Source: Candidatus Methanomethylophilaceae archaeon | GTDB lineage: Archaea; Thermoplasmatota; Thermoplasmata; Methanomassiliicoccales; Methanomethylophilaceae | DNA length: 64,000 bases | Assembly: GCA_944320495.1 (NCBI GenBank) | Contig: CALUHR010000005.1 | Span: 64,001-128,000 of the forward strand | Reading direction: 5' to 3' | Shown: one piece after another, positions 49,473 through 57,861 of the stretch | Layout: each line of letters starts with the position of its first letter | How positions within the stretch are numbered: the stretch's first letter is position 1 | The notes under the pieces: generated by a model | What the model saw: only the letters and a program-made list of their open reading frames with translations | The model's database searches: none | What the model was told of the DNA's origin: nothing | Translations under genes and position numbers: made by a program

Positions 49473-49705
49473 AGGAGGTTGACGGTCCCCGAAGGGACCG
49501 GATGCCTTCAGGGCATCACTCTTCGCCATCCATCAATGGATGACGATGGTGATCCTGACCCTGGGGGTCCTGACCACCACACGAAGCACGCCCCGACGGC
49601 GCTCGATACGGATCTTCAGGATCCTACCAACCTCCTACCGGGACGGTTCCGTGCATGCTGAGAAGGTGAGATGTCACGGCATGCACGGACTTCCCGCCTA
49701 CCAGC
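49473..49705 (-). ncRNA. Unassigned structured RNA element, copy B
   Basis: Same conserved blocks and topology; CGGTCCC-TTCG-GGGACCG; TATA-rich stretch at about 49728-49740 sits about 25 bp upstream on the minus strand. Confidence 0.6.
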
Positions 49706-49871
49706 GATTCTAGGCCAGTTGTGTATATGTTATATATTTATCGAATAGACATCTTTTATCATAACAGAATTCTACTCGATCGATCTGAAACAGCGTCAAT
49801 CCACCGCCCCGAACCGCCGATCGCTGGTTGTTGGGGAACCTACTTATCGAAGCCCGCCTACTCCCGCGCAT

Positions 49872-50219
49872 ATGCGCTGGATGCTCCGCTCCAAGATCCA
49901 CAGGGCCACCGTCACCGAGACCCGCGTCGACTACGAAGGCAGCATAACCGTCGACGAGGACCTCCTGGAACGCTCCGGGATCTGGGTCGGCGAGAAGGTG
50001 ACCGTCGCCGACGTGAACAACGGCAACCGCTTCGAGACCTACACCCTCCCGGGGAGGAGGGGCAGCGGGGTCATCGCGGTGAACGGCGCCGCCGCGCACC
50101 TCTGTGACGAGGGCGACCTCGTCATCATAATGGCGTACGAGCTCGTGGACGAGCCCATCCATGCCAAGGTGCTCCTCGTCGACGGCGACAACAGGGTCTC
50201 CAGGGAGCTGTTGTATTGA
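49872..50219 (+). CDS. panD: Aspartate 1-decarboxylase
   Basis: SKIHRATVT...YEGSITVD (GS self-cleavage site), [13 protein letters not shown]. Confidence 0.92.
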   Translation: MRWMLRSKIHRATVTETRVDYEGSITVDEDLLERSGIWVGEKVTVADVNNGNRFETYTLPGRRGSGVIAVNGAAAHLCDEGDLVIIMAYELVDEPIHAKVLLVDGDNRVSRELLY

Positions 50220-50671
50220 TCTCCGCCTACTCCGACGGGGGCTCCCGCGGGAACCCCGGACCCTCCGCCTTCGCGATAGTCATCGTGAGGGACGGGAAGG
50301 TCGTCCATGAGCACGCGGAGTTCCTCGGCGTCCACACCAACAACTACGCCGAGTACCGCGGATTGATTGCCGCGATATCCAAGGTCATAGAGCTCGGAGA
50401 GAGCGAAGCTGAGTTCGTGATGGACTCCGAGCTCGTCATCAAGCAGATGAACGGGATCTACCGGGTTAGGAATCCCGATATGGCTGCACTCCACTCCGAC
50501 GCGAAGGCGCTCGCATCCCTCATCCCCAAGGTCTCATTCAGGAACATCCGCAGGTCCCAGGAGTTCATACCCAGGGCGGACGCGCTCCTGAACGAGGAGA
50601 TGGACAGGCACCGCCGAGGCGGAGCCCGTCCGGTTTCACTGGGGGGAAGAAGAACCCGGCGGTCATGCTGA
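50216..50671 (+). CDS. rnhA: Ribonuclease HI
   Basis: [31 protein letters not shown]; C-terminal tail may be read-through. Confidence 0.9.
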   Translation: MISAYSDGGSRGNPGPSAFAIVIVRDGKVVHEHAEFLGVHTNNYAEYRGLIAAISKVIELGESEAEFVMDSELVIKQMNGIYRVRNPDMAALHSDAKALASLIPKVSFRNIRRSQEFIPRADALLNEEMDRHRRGGARPVSLGGRRTRRSC

Positions 50672-50905
50672 GGTAGTTCGCTCCGGAGTACCCCGGGGCA
50701 CCTCTCGTTGACCCTGACGGTGAACTCCTCCGCGCTCGAGCGGCCGGAGGCGATCCCCTTCAGGCCCTTGAGGTAGGCGATCTTCGTCTCCACGTCCTCC
50801 CTGGTCTCCGGTCCGTAGTGGGCGGAGAGGAACAGCCCGTATCCCCTGTCCAGGTAACCGCGGAGGTTCGCGATGATCGCGTCCGCATGTCCGGCGCCGG
50901 TGACG
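50640..50905 (-). pseudogene. 3' remnant of a conserved hypothetical (MBL-fold-like) gene
   Basis: GAGHADAIIANLRGYLDRGYGLFLSAHY...KIAYL...RCPG, then +1 shift at a G4 run to [15 protein letters not shown]; no 5' part. Confidence 0.5.
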
Positions 50906-51204
50906 ATGAACCTCAGGGTGGACGACCGCTTCGTGCAGGACGAGGGATGGTACAGGGCGGCGGAGCGCTACGCCCGGTTCGCCGAGAAAGCCATGATCGC
51001 AGAACGCTGCATCTGGATCTCGGCGTCGGCTACAACACCCCCGGGATCATCAAGTTCCCGTTCCAGAGCATGGCACACGAGAACCCCGAGAGCAGATACG
51101 CCGCCGTGAGCATCGGATCGGCGGACGTCCACTCGTTCCTTCGGGACCGCGGGATCGGCATCGACGCCGACATCGGGAGCGTGCTGGAGGCCCTCTCCGG
51201 ATGA
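50895..51204 (+). pseudogene. 3' remnant of a SirTM-like (class M) sirtuin gene
   Basis: VTMNLRVDDRFVQDEGWYRAAERY, frameshift near 50996, then LDLGVGYNTPGIIKFPF...DADIGSVL. Confidence 0.65.
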
Positions 51205-51525
51205 TTCCGCCACGAGCCTCTTGTACCACCAGCCCCAGTCCTCCATCGCGTCGAGGATGGGCGCGAGGCTCTCCCCCAGGGGCGTGAGCGAGTACCCCAC
51301 CCGGGGCGGGACCTCCGGATAGACCGTCCTCGCGATCAGCTCGTTCTCCTCCATGCGGCGGAGCTTCTCTGTCAGGGCCTTCTGCGAGACCCCCGTCACC
51401 GATCTCATGAGCTCGTTGAAGCGCTTGGTCCCCGTGCGCAGGTCGCGGAGGATGAGCACCGCCCACTTGTCGCTGATCAGGAGGAGGGCGGTCTCCACGG
51501 GGCAAGGAGGGAGGTCGGTGATCAT
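50968..51525 (-). CDS. HxlR-family winged-helix regulator with read-through tail
   Basis: CPVETALLLISDKWAVLILRDL...KRFNEL...VYPEVPPRVGYSLT; about 75 extra residues antisense to the sirtuin remnant. Confidence 0.8.
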   Translation of the reverse strand: MITDLPPCPVETALLLISDKWAVLILRDLRTGTKRFNELMRSVTGVSQKALTEKLRRMEENELIARTVYPEVPPRVGYSLTPLGESLAPILDAMEDWGWWYKRLVAESSGEGLQHAPDVGVDADPAVPKERVDVRRSDAHGGVSALGVLVCHALERELDDPGGVVADAEIQMQRSAIMAFSANRA

Positions 51526-51572
51526 GCCCGGGGGATGAGTGGCGTGGTGGTTCCTATGGCGGATGGCGCGGC

Positions 51573-51710
51573 GGGAAAATCCATCAGTGAAATTCGGGAA
51601 ATTCATGGATTGGGATCTGGGAAATTCATGGATTGGGATCTGGGAAAATCCATCAGTGAAAGTTGGGAAAATCCATCAGTGAAAGTTGGGAAAATCCATT
51701 AGTAGAAAAT
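51573..51710 (+). repeat. Six tandem 23-bp units of two types (A-B-B-A-A-A')
   Basis: A = GGGAAAATCCATCAGTGAAA(TTC/GTT), B = GGGAAATTCATGGATTGGGATCT. Confidence 0.85.
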
Positions 51711-51743
51711 GTAATAAAATATCGGACACCTACTGATATCCTG

Positions 51744-53036
51744 ATGACACTTACCAGACCAGGATATCGTCCCCGCCTCATCGACGTAAGCATAGCGAGA
51801 ACGCTACGCACTACGGGAGCGGTTTGCATAGAGGGGCCCAAATGGTGCGGTAAGACTTGGTCGGCCCTCAACCAGGCCAACAGCGCGGTGGATCTTTCCG
51901 ATGCCCGTGGAGACTTCCAGAATAGGAGTCTGGCGGAGACGGATCCGAATCTCGTCCTGGAGGGAGATGCCCCTCATCTGGTCGATGAATGGCAGGAGGT
52001 CCCGAAGCTCTGGGATGCCGTCCGTACAGCTGTCGATTCGGGACAGAAGAAGGGGATGTTCATCCTGACCGGCTCATCGACCCCTGTCCGCAAAGGGATA
52101 CTACACAGCGGCACGGGCAGGATGGCGACGCTACGCATGCATACGATGTCCCTGTACGAGTCGGGGGACTCTATCGGCACCGCCAGCATCTCGGACATGT
52201 TCGGAAACAGATTCAGGAGTTCGAGAACAGGCGATGTGAATCTGCGCGACCTCGTCTACCTGACGGTGCGCGGAGGATGGCCCGCATCCATAGGCGTCGC
52301 GAGAGAGGACGCCTCCATCATCGGCAGGCAGTATCTGGCCTCGATGAGGGATGAGGACTTCGAGAAGATCGACGGCGTCAAGAGGGATGCCGACAAGGTC
52401 AGGATGCTCATCAGGTCCCTGGCACGTAACGAGAGCACCCTTGCATCCAAGAGCAAACTGGCGTCCGACATCAGAGAGGAGGATGATTGGGAACCTGCCG
52501 AGAATACGGTGAATGACTACCTGGGCATCCTGAACAGGATGTTCCTGATAGAGGATCAACCCGCATTCAACCCAGGTCTGAGATCGTCCTACAGGGTGGG
52601 CAAGACCGCCAAGAGGCATCTGGCGGACCCCTCATTGGCTGCGGCGGCGATGGGCGCCGACATCGAGAGCCTCTTCAGGGATCTGAACACCTTCGGACTC
52701 CTCTTCGAGGCGCTGTGCGAACGCGACCTCAGGGTGTACACCCAGTCTCTCGATGGAGTGATGGGGCACTATCGCGACGGTCGTGGGAACGAGATCGACA
52801 CCGCCATCCAGCTCCCTGACGGACGCTGGGGGGCCTTCGAGATCAAGCTCGGGATGAACCAGGTCGACGAGGCCGCCGAGAAGCTGATAGCGTTCACGGA
52901 GAAGATAAGGAGTGACGGCGGAAGAGTCCCGGAGTTCCTCTGCGTGATCGTCGGTCTGTCGTCCTACGCCTACCGCCGCGAGGACGGTGTGTACGTCGTC
53001 CCGATAACCGCCCTCAGAGACCGACGGGCTTCCTGA
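51744..53036 (+). CDS. AAA_14 + DUF4143 ATP-binding protein
   Basis: EGPKWCGKT, LVDEWQ, FILTGS, HLADPS, GLLFEAL, EID...GAFEIK. Confidence 0.9.
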   Translation: MTLTRPGYRPRLIDVSIARTLRTTGAVCIEGPKWCGKTWSALNQANSAVDLSDARGDFQNRSLAETDPNLVLEGDAPHLVDEWQEVPKLWDAVRTAVDSGQKKGMFILTGSSTPVRKGILHSGTGRMATLRMHTMSLYESGDSIGTASISDMFGNRFRSSRTGDVNLRDLVYLTVRGGWPASIGVAREDASIIGRQYLASMRDEDFEKIDGVKRDADKVRMLIRSLARNESTLASKSKLASDIREEDDWEPAENTVNDYLGILNRMFLIEDQPAFNPGLRSSYRVGKTAKRHLADPSLAAAAMGADIESLFRDLNTFGLLFEALCERDLRVYTQSLDGVMGHYRDGRGNEIDTAIQLPDGRWGAFEIKLGMNQVDEAAEKLIAFTEKIRSDGGRVPEFLCVIVGLSSYAYRREDGVYVVPITALRDRRAS

Positions 53037-53493
53037 CATCGGCGAACTGGAACTCCATCGCCTTCGGCAGGTCCGCCACGGCCATCTCGATCTGGTACCC
53101 GACCTTCCCCGCGCTGAAGTAGATCCTCTCCAAAGTCTGGGCGGTGGCGTCTATCGTCACCCTCATGGGCCTCTTGGTGCACAGCGGCGAGCATCCGCCG
53201 TGGACGTACCCTGTCAGCGGGAGCAGCTCCTTCGACCTGATCATCGACAGGGACTTCTCGCCGACGCTGGCGGCCGCCTTCTTCAGATCCAGGTCCCCCG
53301 TCACGGGAACGAGGAATACGTAGTAACGGTGCTCCTTCGACTCCGTCACCAGGGTCTTGAAGACCTCCCGCGGATCCTCGCCGGCGCTCTGCGCCACCTC
53401 CATGCCCGACAGCGCCACGTCTCCGTAATAGTGGACCTCGTAGGGGATGCCGAGCTTGTCCAGATGCCTCATGGGATTGGTCTTCTGCTCCAT
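53014..53493 (-). CDS. ybaK: Cys-tRNA(Pro) deacylase
   Basis: VFKTLV, TGYVHGGCSP, SAGKVG. Confidence 0.9.
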   Translation of the reverse strand: MEQKTNPMRHLDKLGIPYEVHYYGDVALSGMEVAQSAGEDPREVFKTLVTESKEHRYYVFLVPVTGDLDLKKAAASVGEKSLSMIRSKELLPLTGYVHGGCSPLCTKRPMRVTIDATAQTLERIYFSAGKVGYQIEMAVADLPKAMEFQFADVRKPVGL

Positions 53494-53598
53494 GATGCCT
53501 CATCGACAATCAAGTATTTGAACGCCCATCGCAGACGGTCGGGATCCGTCGCTGGAACTATATCGTTCCAGACAATGCGGGGCCTCAGAGGAGTTGCA

Positions 53599-54129
53599 AT
53601 GGTCAACATATTCCACGACATCGACCCCGAGATGGTCAAGCCCGAGAGCTTCACCGTCGTCATCGAGATCCCCAAGGGAAGCAAGGTAAAATACGAGCTG
53701 GACAAGGACACCGGCATGCTGAGGCTGGACAGGATCCTGTTCACCTCCACCCACTACCCCGCCAGCTACGGGTTCATCCCCAGGACCTACGCCGACGACG
53801 GCGACCCCTTGGATGCGCTCGTCCTGTGCAGCGAGACCATCGCCCCGCTGACCCTCGTCCAGTGCCGCCCCATCGGCGCCATCAAGATGGTCGACCAGGG
53901 CGACAACGACGAGAAGGTCATCGCCGTCTGCGAGGGAGACCCCGACTACAAGGACGTCAAGTGCCTCGACGACCTCCCCAAGCACCTCATCGAGGAGATG
54001 TGCCACTTCTTCGAGGTCTACAAGGCCCTCGAGCACAAGAAGACCGAGATCGACGGCACCATGGGCAAGGACGAGACCGAGAAGCTGGTCCAGGCCTGCA
54101 TGGACGGCTACGTCAAGAAGTACTGCTGA
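53599..54129 (+). CDS. ppa: Inorganic pyrophosphatase (family I)
   Basis: EIPKGSKVKYE, YGFIPRTYADDGDPLD, DEKVI. Confidence 0.95.
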   Translation: MVNIFHDIDPEMVKPESFTVVIEIPKGSKVKYELDKDTGMLRLDRILFTSTHYPASYGFIPRTYADDGDPLDALVLCSETIAPLTLVQCRPIGAIKMVDQGDNDEKVIAVCEGDPDYKDVKCLDDLPKHLIEEMCHFFEVYKALEHKKTEIDGTMGKDETEKLVQACMDGYVKKYC

Positions 54130-54286
54130 ATGTCAGACGGGCCTCCGGGGAGGGGGCCCGGAAACCCTTTCCTTATCATTTCTGAACTGACCGGTCAACG
54201 TGACGATCGAACCTCGACCATAACGAGCCTTCACACGGGCCCGTTCCCACCCTCCGCCTTTATCAATTAACGCCGTTACATCATCC

Positions 54287-54655
54287 ATGATGTACGACAT
54301 GACCGTGTACGAGTCCGAGGACGCCAGGAACAGGGACCCCGCCGACGCGGAGAGGTTCGACGCCAGCTGCAGGGCGCTGTCCGCGGCGGGCATCGAGTTC
54401 GGACGCGTGATGTGCTCCTCGCCGGACGACATCACCGACCCGGAGGCCTCCGCCATCGTCGCAGAGAGGGGCATGGGCGCCCTCCCGATCTGCATCTTCC
54501 AGGGTGTGGACATCTCCGTCGGCTCGTACCCGTCGGACCAGGACCTTGCGGACTTCCTCGACGTCCCGGACGGGGTTCTCAGCGTGGACAGGACAAAGGG
54601 GCCCGCCATGGGCAACGACCTGCCGCCGTCCTGCTCCTGCAGACCCGTCAGGTGA
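54287..54655 (+). CDS. ArsD-like thioredoxin-fold protein lacking the N-terminal Cys cluster
   Basis: GMGALPICIFQG...GSYPSDQDLADFL resembles the ArsD C-terminal half. Confidence 0.5.
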   Translation: MMYDMTVYESEDARNRDPADAERFDASCRALSAAGIEFGRVMCSSPDDITDPEASAIVAERGMGALPICIFQGVDISVGSYPSDQDLADFLDVPDGVLSVDRTKGPAMGNDLPPSCSCRPVR

Positions 54656-54691
54656 CGCTGGCATTAAGCGCAGGACGACCATCCACCGATT

Positions 54692-56857
54692 ATGAGGATA
54701 TCGATCCGCGGCACCGTGCAGGGTGTGGGCTTCAGACCCGCCGTGTACAGGGCGGCCGCACGCGCCGGCGCATCCGGCACCGTGAGCAACACCGGCTCGG
54801 AGGTCGTGATTGTCACCGACAGGGGCGAGGAGCTCCTCTCGGAGTTGATGTCCGACCTACCCCCGCTCGCCAGGATCGGATCCGTCGAGAAGAGTGACGA
54901 ACCGTACAACGGCCCGGACGGCTTCTCCATCGTACCGTCCGAGGGCGAGGGGTCGGGCGCGTCCATCCCCGCGGACAGCGCCGTCTGCGACAGGTGCGTG
55001 AGGGAGATGTTCTCCCCGGGCAGGCGCCACCTCTACCCGTTCACAACATGTACGGACTGCGGCCCGAGGTTCACGCTCCTCAGGGGGATGCCCTACGACC
55101 GCCCGCTGACGTCGATGGACGGCTTCCCCGTGTGCCCCGAGTGCGGGAGGGAGTTCTCCTCCCCCGGGGACCGCAGGTTCCACCATCAGACCATCGCCTG
55201 CCCCGTGTGCGGACCGTCGTACCGCCTTGAGACCCCCGACGGGACGTTCACGGACGACCCCATCGGCCGCCTCGCGTCCATGCTCGACGACGGATGCAGG
55301 GCCATCGTGAAGGGGTGGGGAGGGACGCACATCTGCTGCACCCTCGACCGCATCCCCGAACTGAGGGAGTGGTACGGCCGCAAGGCGAAACCCTTCGCCA
55401 TAATGGTCCGCGACATGGACGCACTCAGGCGCTATGCGGACCCGACCCCCGATGAGGAGCGGATGCTCGCATCCCCCGGAAGGCCCATCGTCCTCTGCCA
55501 GAAGGTCGATTCCAAAGAGACGGAGGACGCCTCCCCCGGGCTGGACACCATCGGCGTGTTCATGCCGTACACAGGGATGCATCACATCCTGTTCTCCGGA
55601 TTGGAGCACGACGCCCTCGTGATGACCTCCGCCAACCCCCCGGGCGAGCCCATGGCCGTCCGGGACGGGGACGCCAGGAGGATCGACGCGGACGCCTGGC
55701 TCCTCCACGACCAGCCGATAGTCAACCGCGCGGACGACACAGTCCTGAGGATGCTCGGGGACCGCACCCAGTACATACGCAGGTCCCGCGGGGCCGTGCC
55801 TTATCACCTGGACACCGTCATGGACGGGGACGCCGTGGCCCTCGGCGCACAGGAGAACCTCGCGGGCGCAGTCGCGTCCGGCGGGTCCATCTGGCCCACC
55901 CAGTACGTGGGCAACGGGGAGAAGATCGGCGTGCCGGAGTACCTGGAGGAGGCCGTCAGGACGCAGATGCGTCTGACGGGGTGCGTCCCGGAGATCGTGG
56001 CCATCGATCTTCATCCCGGATACGCGAACAGACCCTTCGCCCGTGCCCTGGCCGAGGAGTCCGGGGCGGAGATCATGGAGGTGCAGCACCACTGGGCCCA
56101 CGCCGCCTCCCTCCTGGCCGACAACGGCAGGGAGGGATGCGTCGCGCTCACCCTGGACGGGACGGGCATGGGCGACGACGGGACCGCCTGGGGAGGCGAG
56201 GTTCTGAGGGCCGACCTCGAGGGATACCGCAGGGCGGCCCACCTCGAACCGATACCCCTTCTGGGCAACGACAGGGCCCTCTACGACATCCGTAGGCTGA
56301 GGTTCGCCATCGACGAGATGAACGGCGCGGAGAACACGGACTTCGGCGATCGGGACGCCGCTGTGCTGAGGAAGCTCATGGGCAGGAGCGTCATGTGCTC
56401 CTCGATGGGCCGTGTCCTGGACGCGCTGTCGTACTCGCTGGGCGTGTGCGGGTACCGCAGCTACGACGGCGAGCCTGCCATGAGGCTGGAGCCCCTGCTG
56501 AACAGGGGACGCATCATCGAAGGCTACCGCGCCCGCTCCGAGAACGGCGTCGTGAGGACCGCCGAGCTGTTCGCCCGCATCGACCCAAGGAACAGACCGG
56601 AGGACGTGGCCTATTCCATAGTTCACGGGATGATCGACGAATTGGTCTCCCTGGCGGCCGTCGAGGCCGACTCCGCAGGGTTCGAGTATATAGGCCTTAC
56701 CGGCGGCGTATCGTACAACGGGGCCATAGCCAGGATGTTCACGGAATCGGTTATATCATCCGACCACCTTCCCCTTCTCCACAGGGAGGTGCCGAACGGC
56801 GACTGCGGGATATCGGTCGGCCAGGCGGCCATCGCCCTGAGGAAGATGTCAAGATGA
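54692..56857 (+). CDS. hypF: Hydrogenase maturation carbamoyltransferase
   Basis: GTVQGVGFRP, two CxxC zinc fingers, QHHWAH, LDGTGMGDDG, NGDCGISVGQ. Confidence 0.95.
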   Translation: MRISIRGTVQGVGFRPAVYRAAARAGASGTVSNTGSEVVIVTDRGEELLSELMSDLPPLARIGSVEKSDEPYNGPDGFSIVPSEGEGSGASIPADSAVCDRCVREMFSPGRRHLYPFTTCTDCGPRFTLLRGMPYDRPLTSMDGFPVCPECGREFSSPGDRRFHHQTIACPVCGPSYRLETPDGTFTDDPIGRLASMLDDGCRAIVKGWGGTHICCTLDRIPELREWYGRKAKPFAIMVRDMDALRRYADPTPDEERMLASPGRPIVLCQKVDSKETEDASPGLDTIGVFMPYTGMHHILFSGLEHDALVMTSANPPGEPMAVRDGDARRIDADAWLLHDQPIVNRADDTVLRMLGDRTQYIRRSRGAVPYHLDTVMDGDAVALGAQENLAGAVASGGSIWPTQYVGNGEKIGVPEYLEEAVRTQMRLTGCVPEIVAIDLHPGYANRPFARALAEESGAEIMEVQHHWAHAASLLADNGREGCVALTLDGTGMGDDGTAWGGEVLRADLEGYRRAAHLEPIPLLGNDRALYDIRRLRFAIDEMNGAENTDFGDRDAAVLRKLMGRSVMCSSMGRVLDALSYSLGVCGYRSYDGEPAMRLEPLLNRGRIIEGYRARSENGVVRTAELFARIDPRNRPEDVAYSIVHGMIDELVSLAAVEADSAGFEYIGLTGGVSYNGAIARMFTESVISSDHLPLLHREVPNGDCGISVGQAAIALRKMSR

Positions 56858-57861
56858 GCAACCTGCTGTTCGTTCTGCTGGACGGAGCGGAGGACGACCC
56901 CTGCCCGCAGCTCGGTGGTAAGAAACCCATCGAGGTCGCCGAGATGCCGTTCCTCGAATCGAAGGTCACGCACCGCTACAGGACCACCGGACGCGGGTAC
57001 ACCCAGCTCTTCCTCAACGAGTTCTTCACCGGTCACCCGCCGGAGATCGGGAGGGCGGCCCTGGAGGCGTACGGCCTCGGTCTGCCGATCGACGACCCGA
57101 AACGCGTCGCGTACCGCCTGAGCCCCGCGAGGCTGGGCGACGGCATGGTACATTGGTGCTACCACAACGAGGACTTCGCCGACGAGCTCCAGGAGTGCAT
57201 CATGTCCCACATGGACCTGCTGGAGCCCTACAACCCCGCGATCAAGTTCTTCGTGGAGGGTCGCTCGGTCCTCACCATGGAGTCGGACACAGTCCCGGAG
57301 ACCCCCGCTCCCCCGGTGGACGCCCCCGAAATAAAGATAGACGGACCCCTAGGACAGCTCATCGACGCGGTGGCGTCGGAGATGGACGGCATCACCGTCT
57401 ATCCCTGGGGATGCAGCCGCGCGGGGAGACAGTACCCCGCATGGCCCGGCCTGAGGGACCTCACATCGATATCGGACAGCCCCACCTCCCTCGGCGTGTG
57501 CTCATCGCTGGGATTCACCAAGGTGGAGCTCGTCTACGACCTGGAGGAGAGGTTCCCCATCGCCCGCGAGGCGCTGAAGCACGGTGACGTATTCCTCCAC
57601 ATCGACGAGGTCGACGAGTACAGCCATCAGAAGGACCCTTTCAAGAAGAAGGCGGTCCTGGAGCGCACCGACGAGCTGATGGCCGAGTACTTCGCCGACG
57701 CCGACCGCATAATCTACTTCGCCGACCACGGGACGTCCTGCGTGACGGGCGAGCACATCGTCAGGGACACCCCGGTCTGGACAACATTCGACCTCGGCGC
57801 CGAGGAGGGCAGCACCATCACGCTGGACCGCCTGGTGCCGTCGATCATCGCGCACAGGTGA
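56854..57861 (+). CDS. Alkaline-phosphatase-superfamily (ApgM-like) metalloenzyme
   Basis: LLDGAEDDP...GKKPIEVAEMP, HIDEVDEYSH, ADHGT. Confidence 0.75.
   Translation: MSNLLFVLLDGAEDDPCPQLGGKKPIEVAEMPFLESKVTHRYRTTGRGYTQLFLNEFFTGHPPEIGRAALEAYGLGLPIDDPKRVAYRLSPARLGDGMVHWCYHNEDFADELQECIMSHMDLLEPYNPAIKFFVEGRSVLTMESDTVPETPAPPVDAPEIKIDGPLGQLIDAVASEMDGITVYPWGCSRAGRQYPAWPGLRDLTSISDSPTSLGVCSSLGFTKVELVYDLEERFPIAREALKHGDVFLHIDEVDEYSHQKDPFKKKAVLERTDELMAEYFADADRIIYFADHGTSCVTGEHIVRDTPVWTTFDLGAEEGSTITLDRLVPSIIAHR

Noticed and set aside
49134-49661. Short ORFs inside or between the structured elements
   Set aside because: No codon bias or motifs; they cross the hairpins arbitrarily.
48980-49705. Cobalamin or c-di-AMP riboswitch, RNase P, SRP RNA
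   Set aside because: Only short matches (GGGAAGUCCG, AUCGCUG); the B12 box, the RNase P 3' conserved region and the SRP helix 8 motif are absent, and neither copy leads into a convincing gene.
51573-51710. CRISPR array
   Set aside because: Units abut without unique spacers and there are no cas genes.
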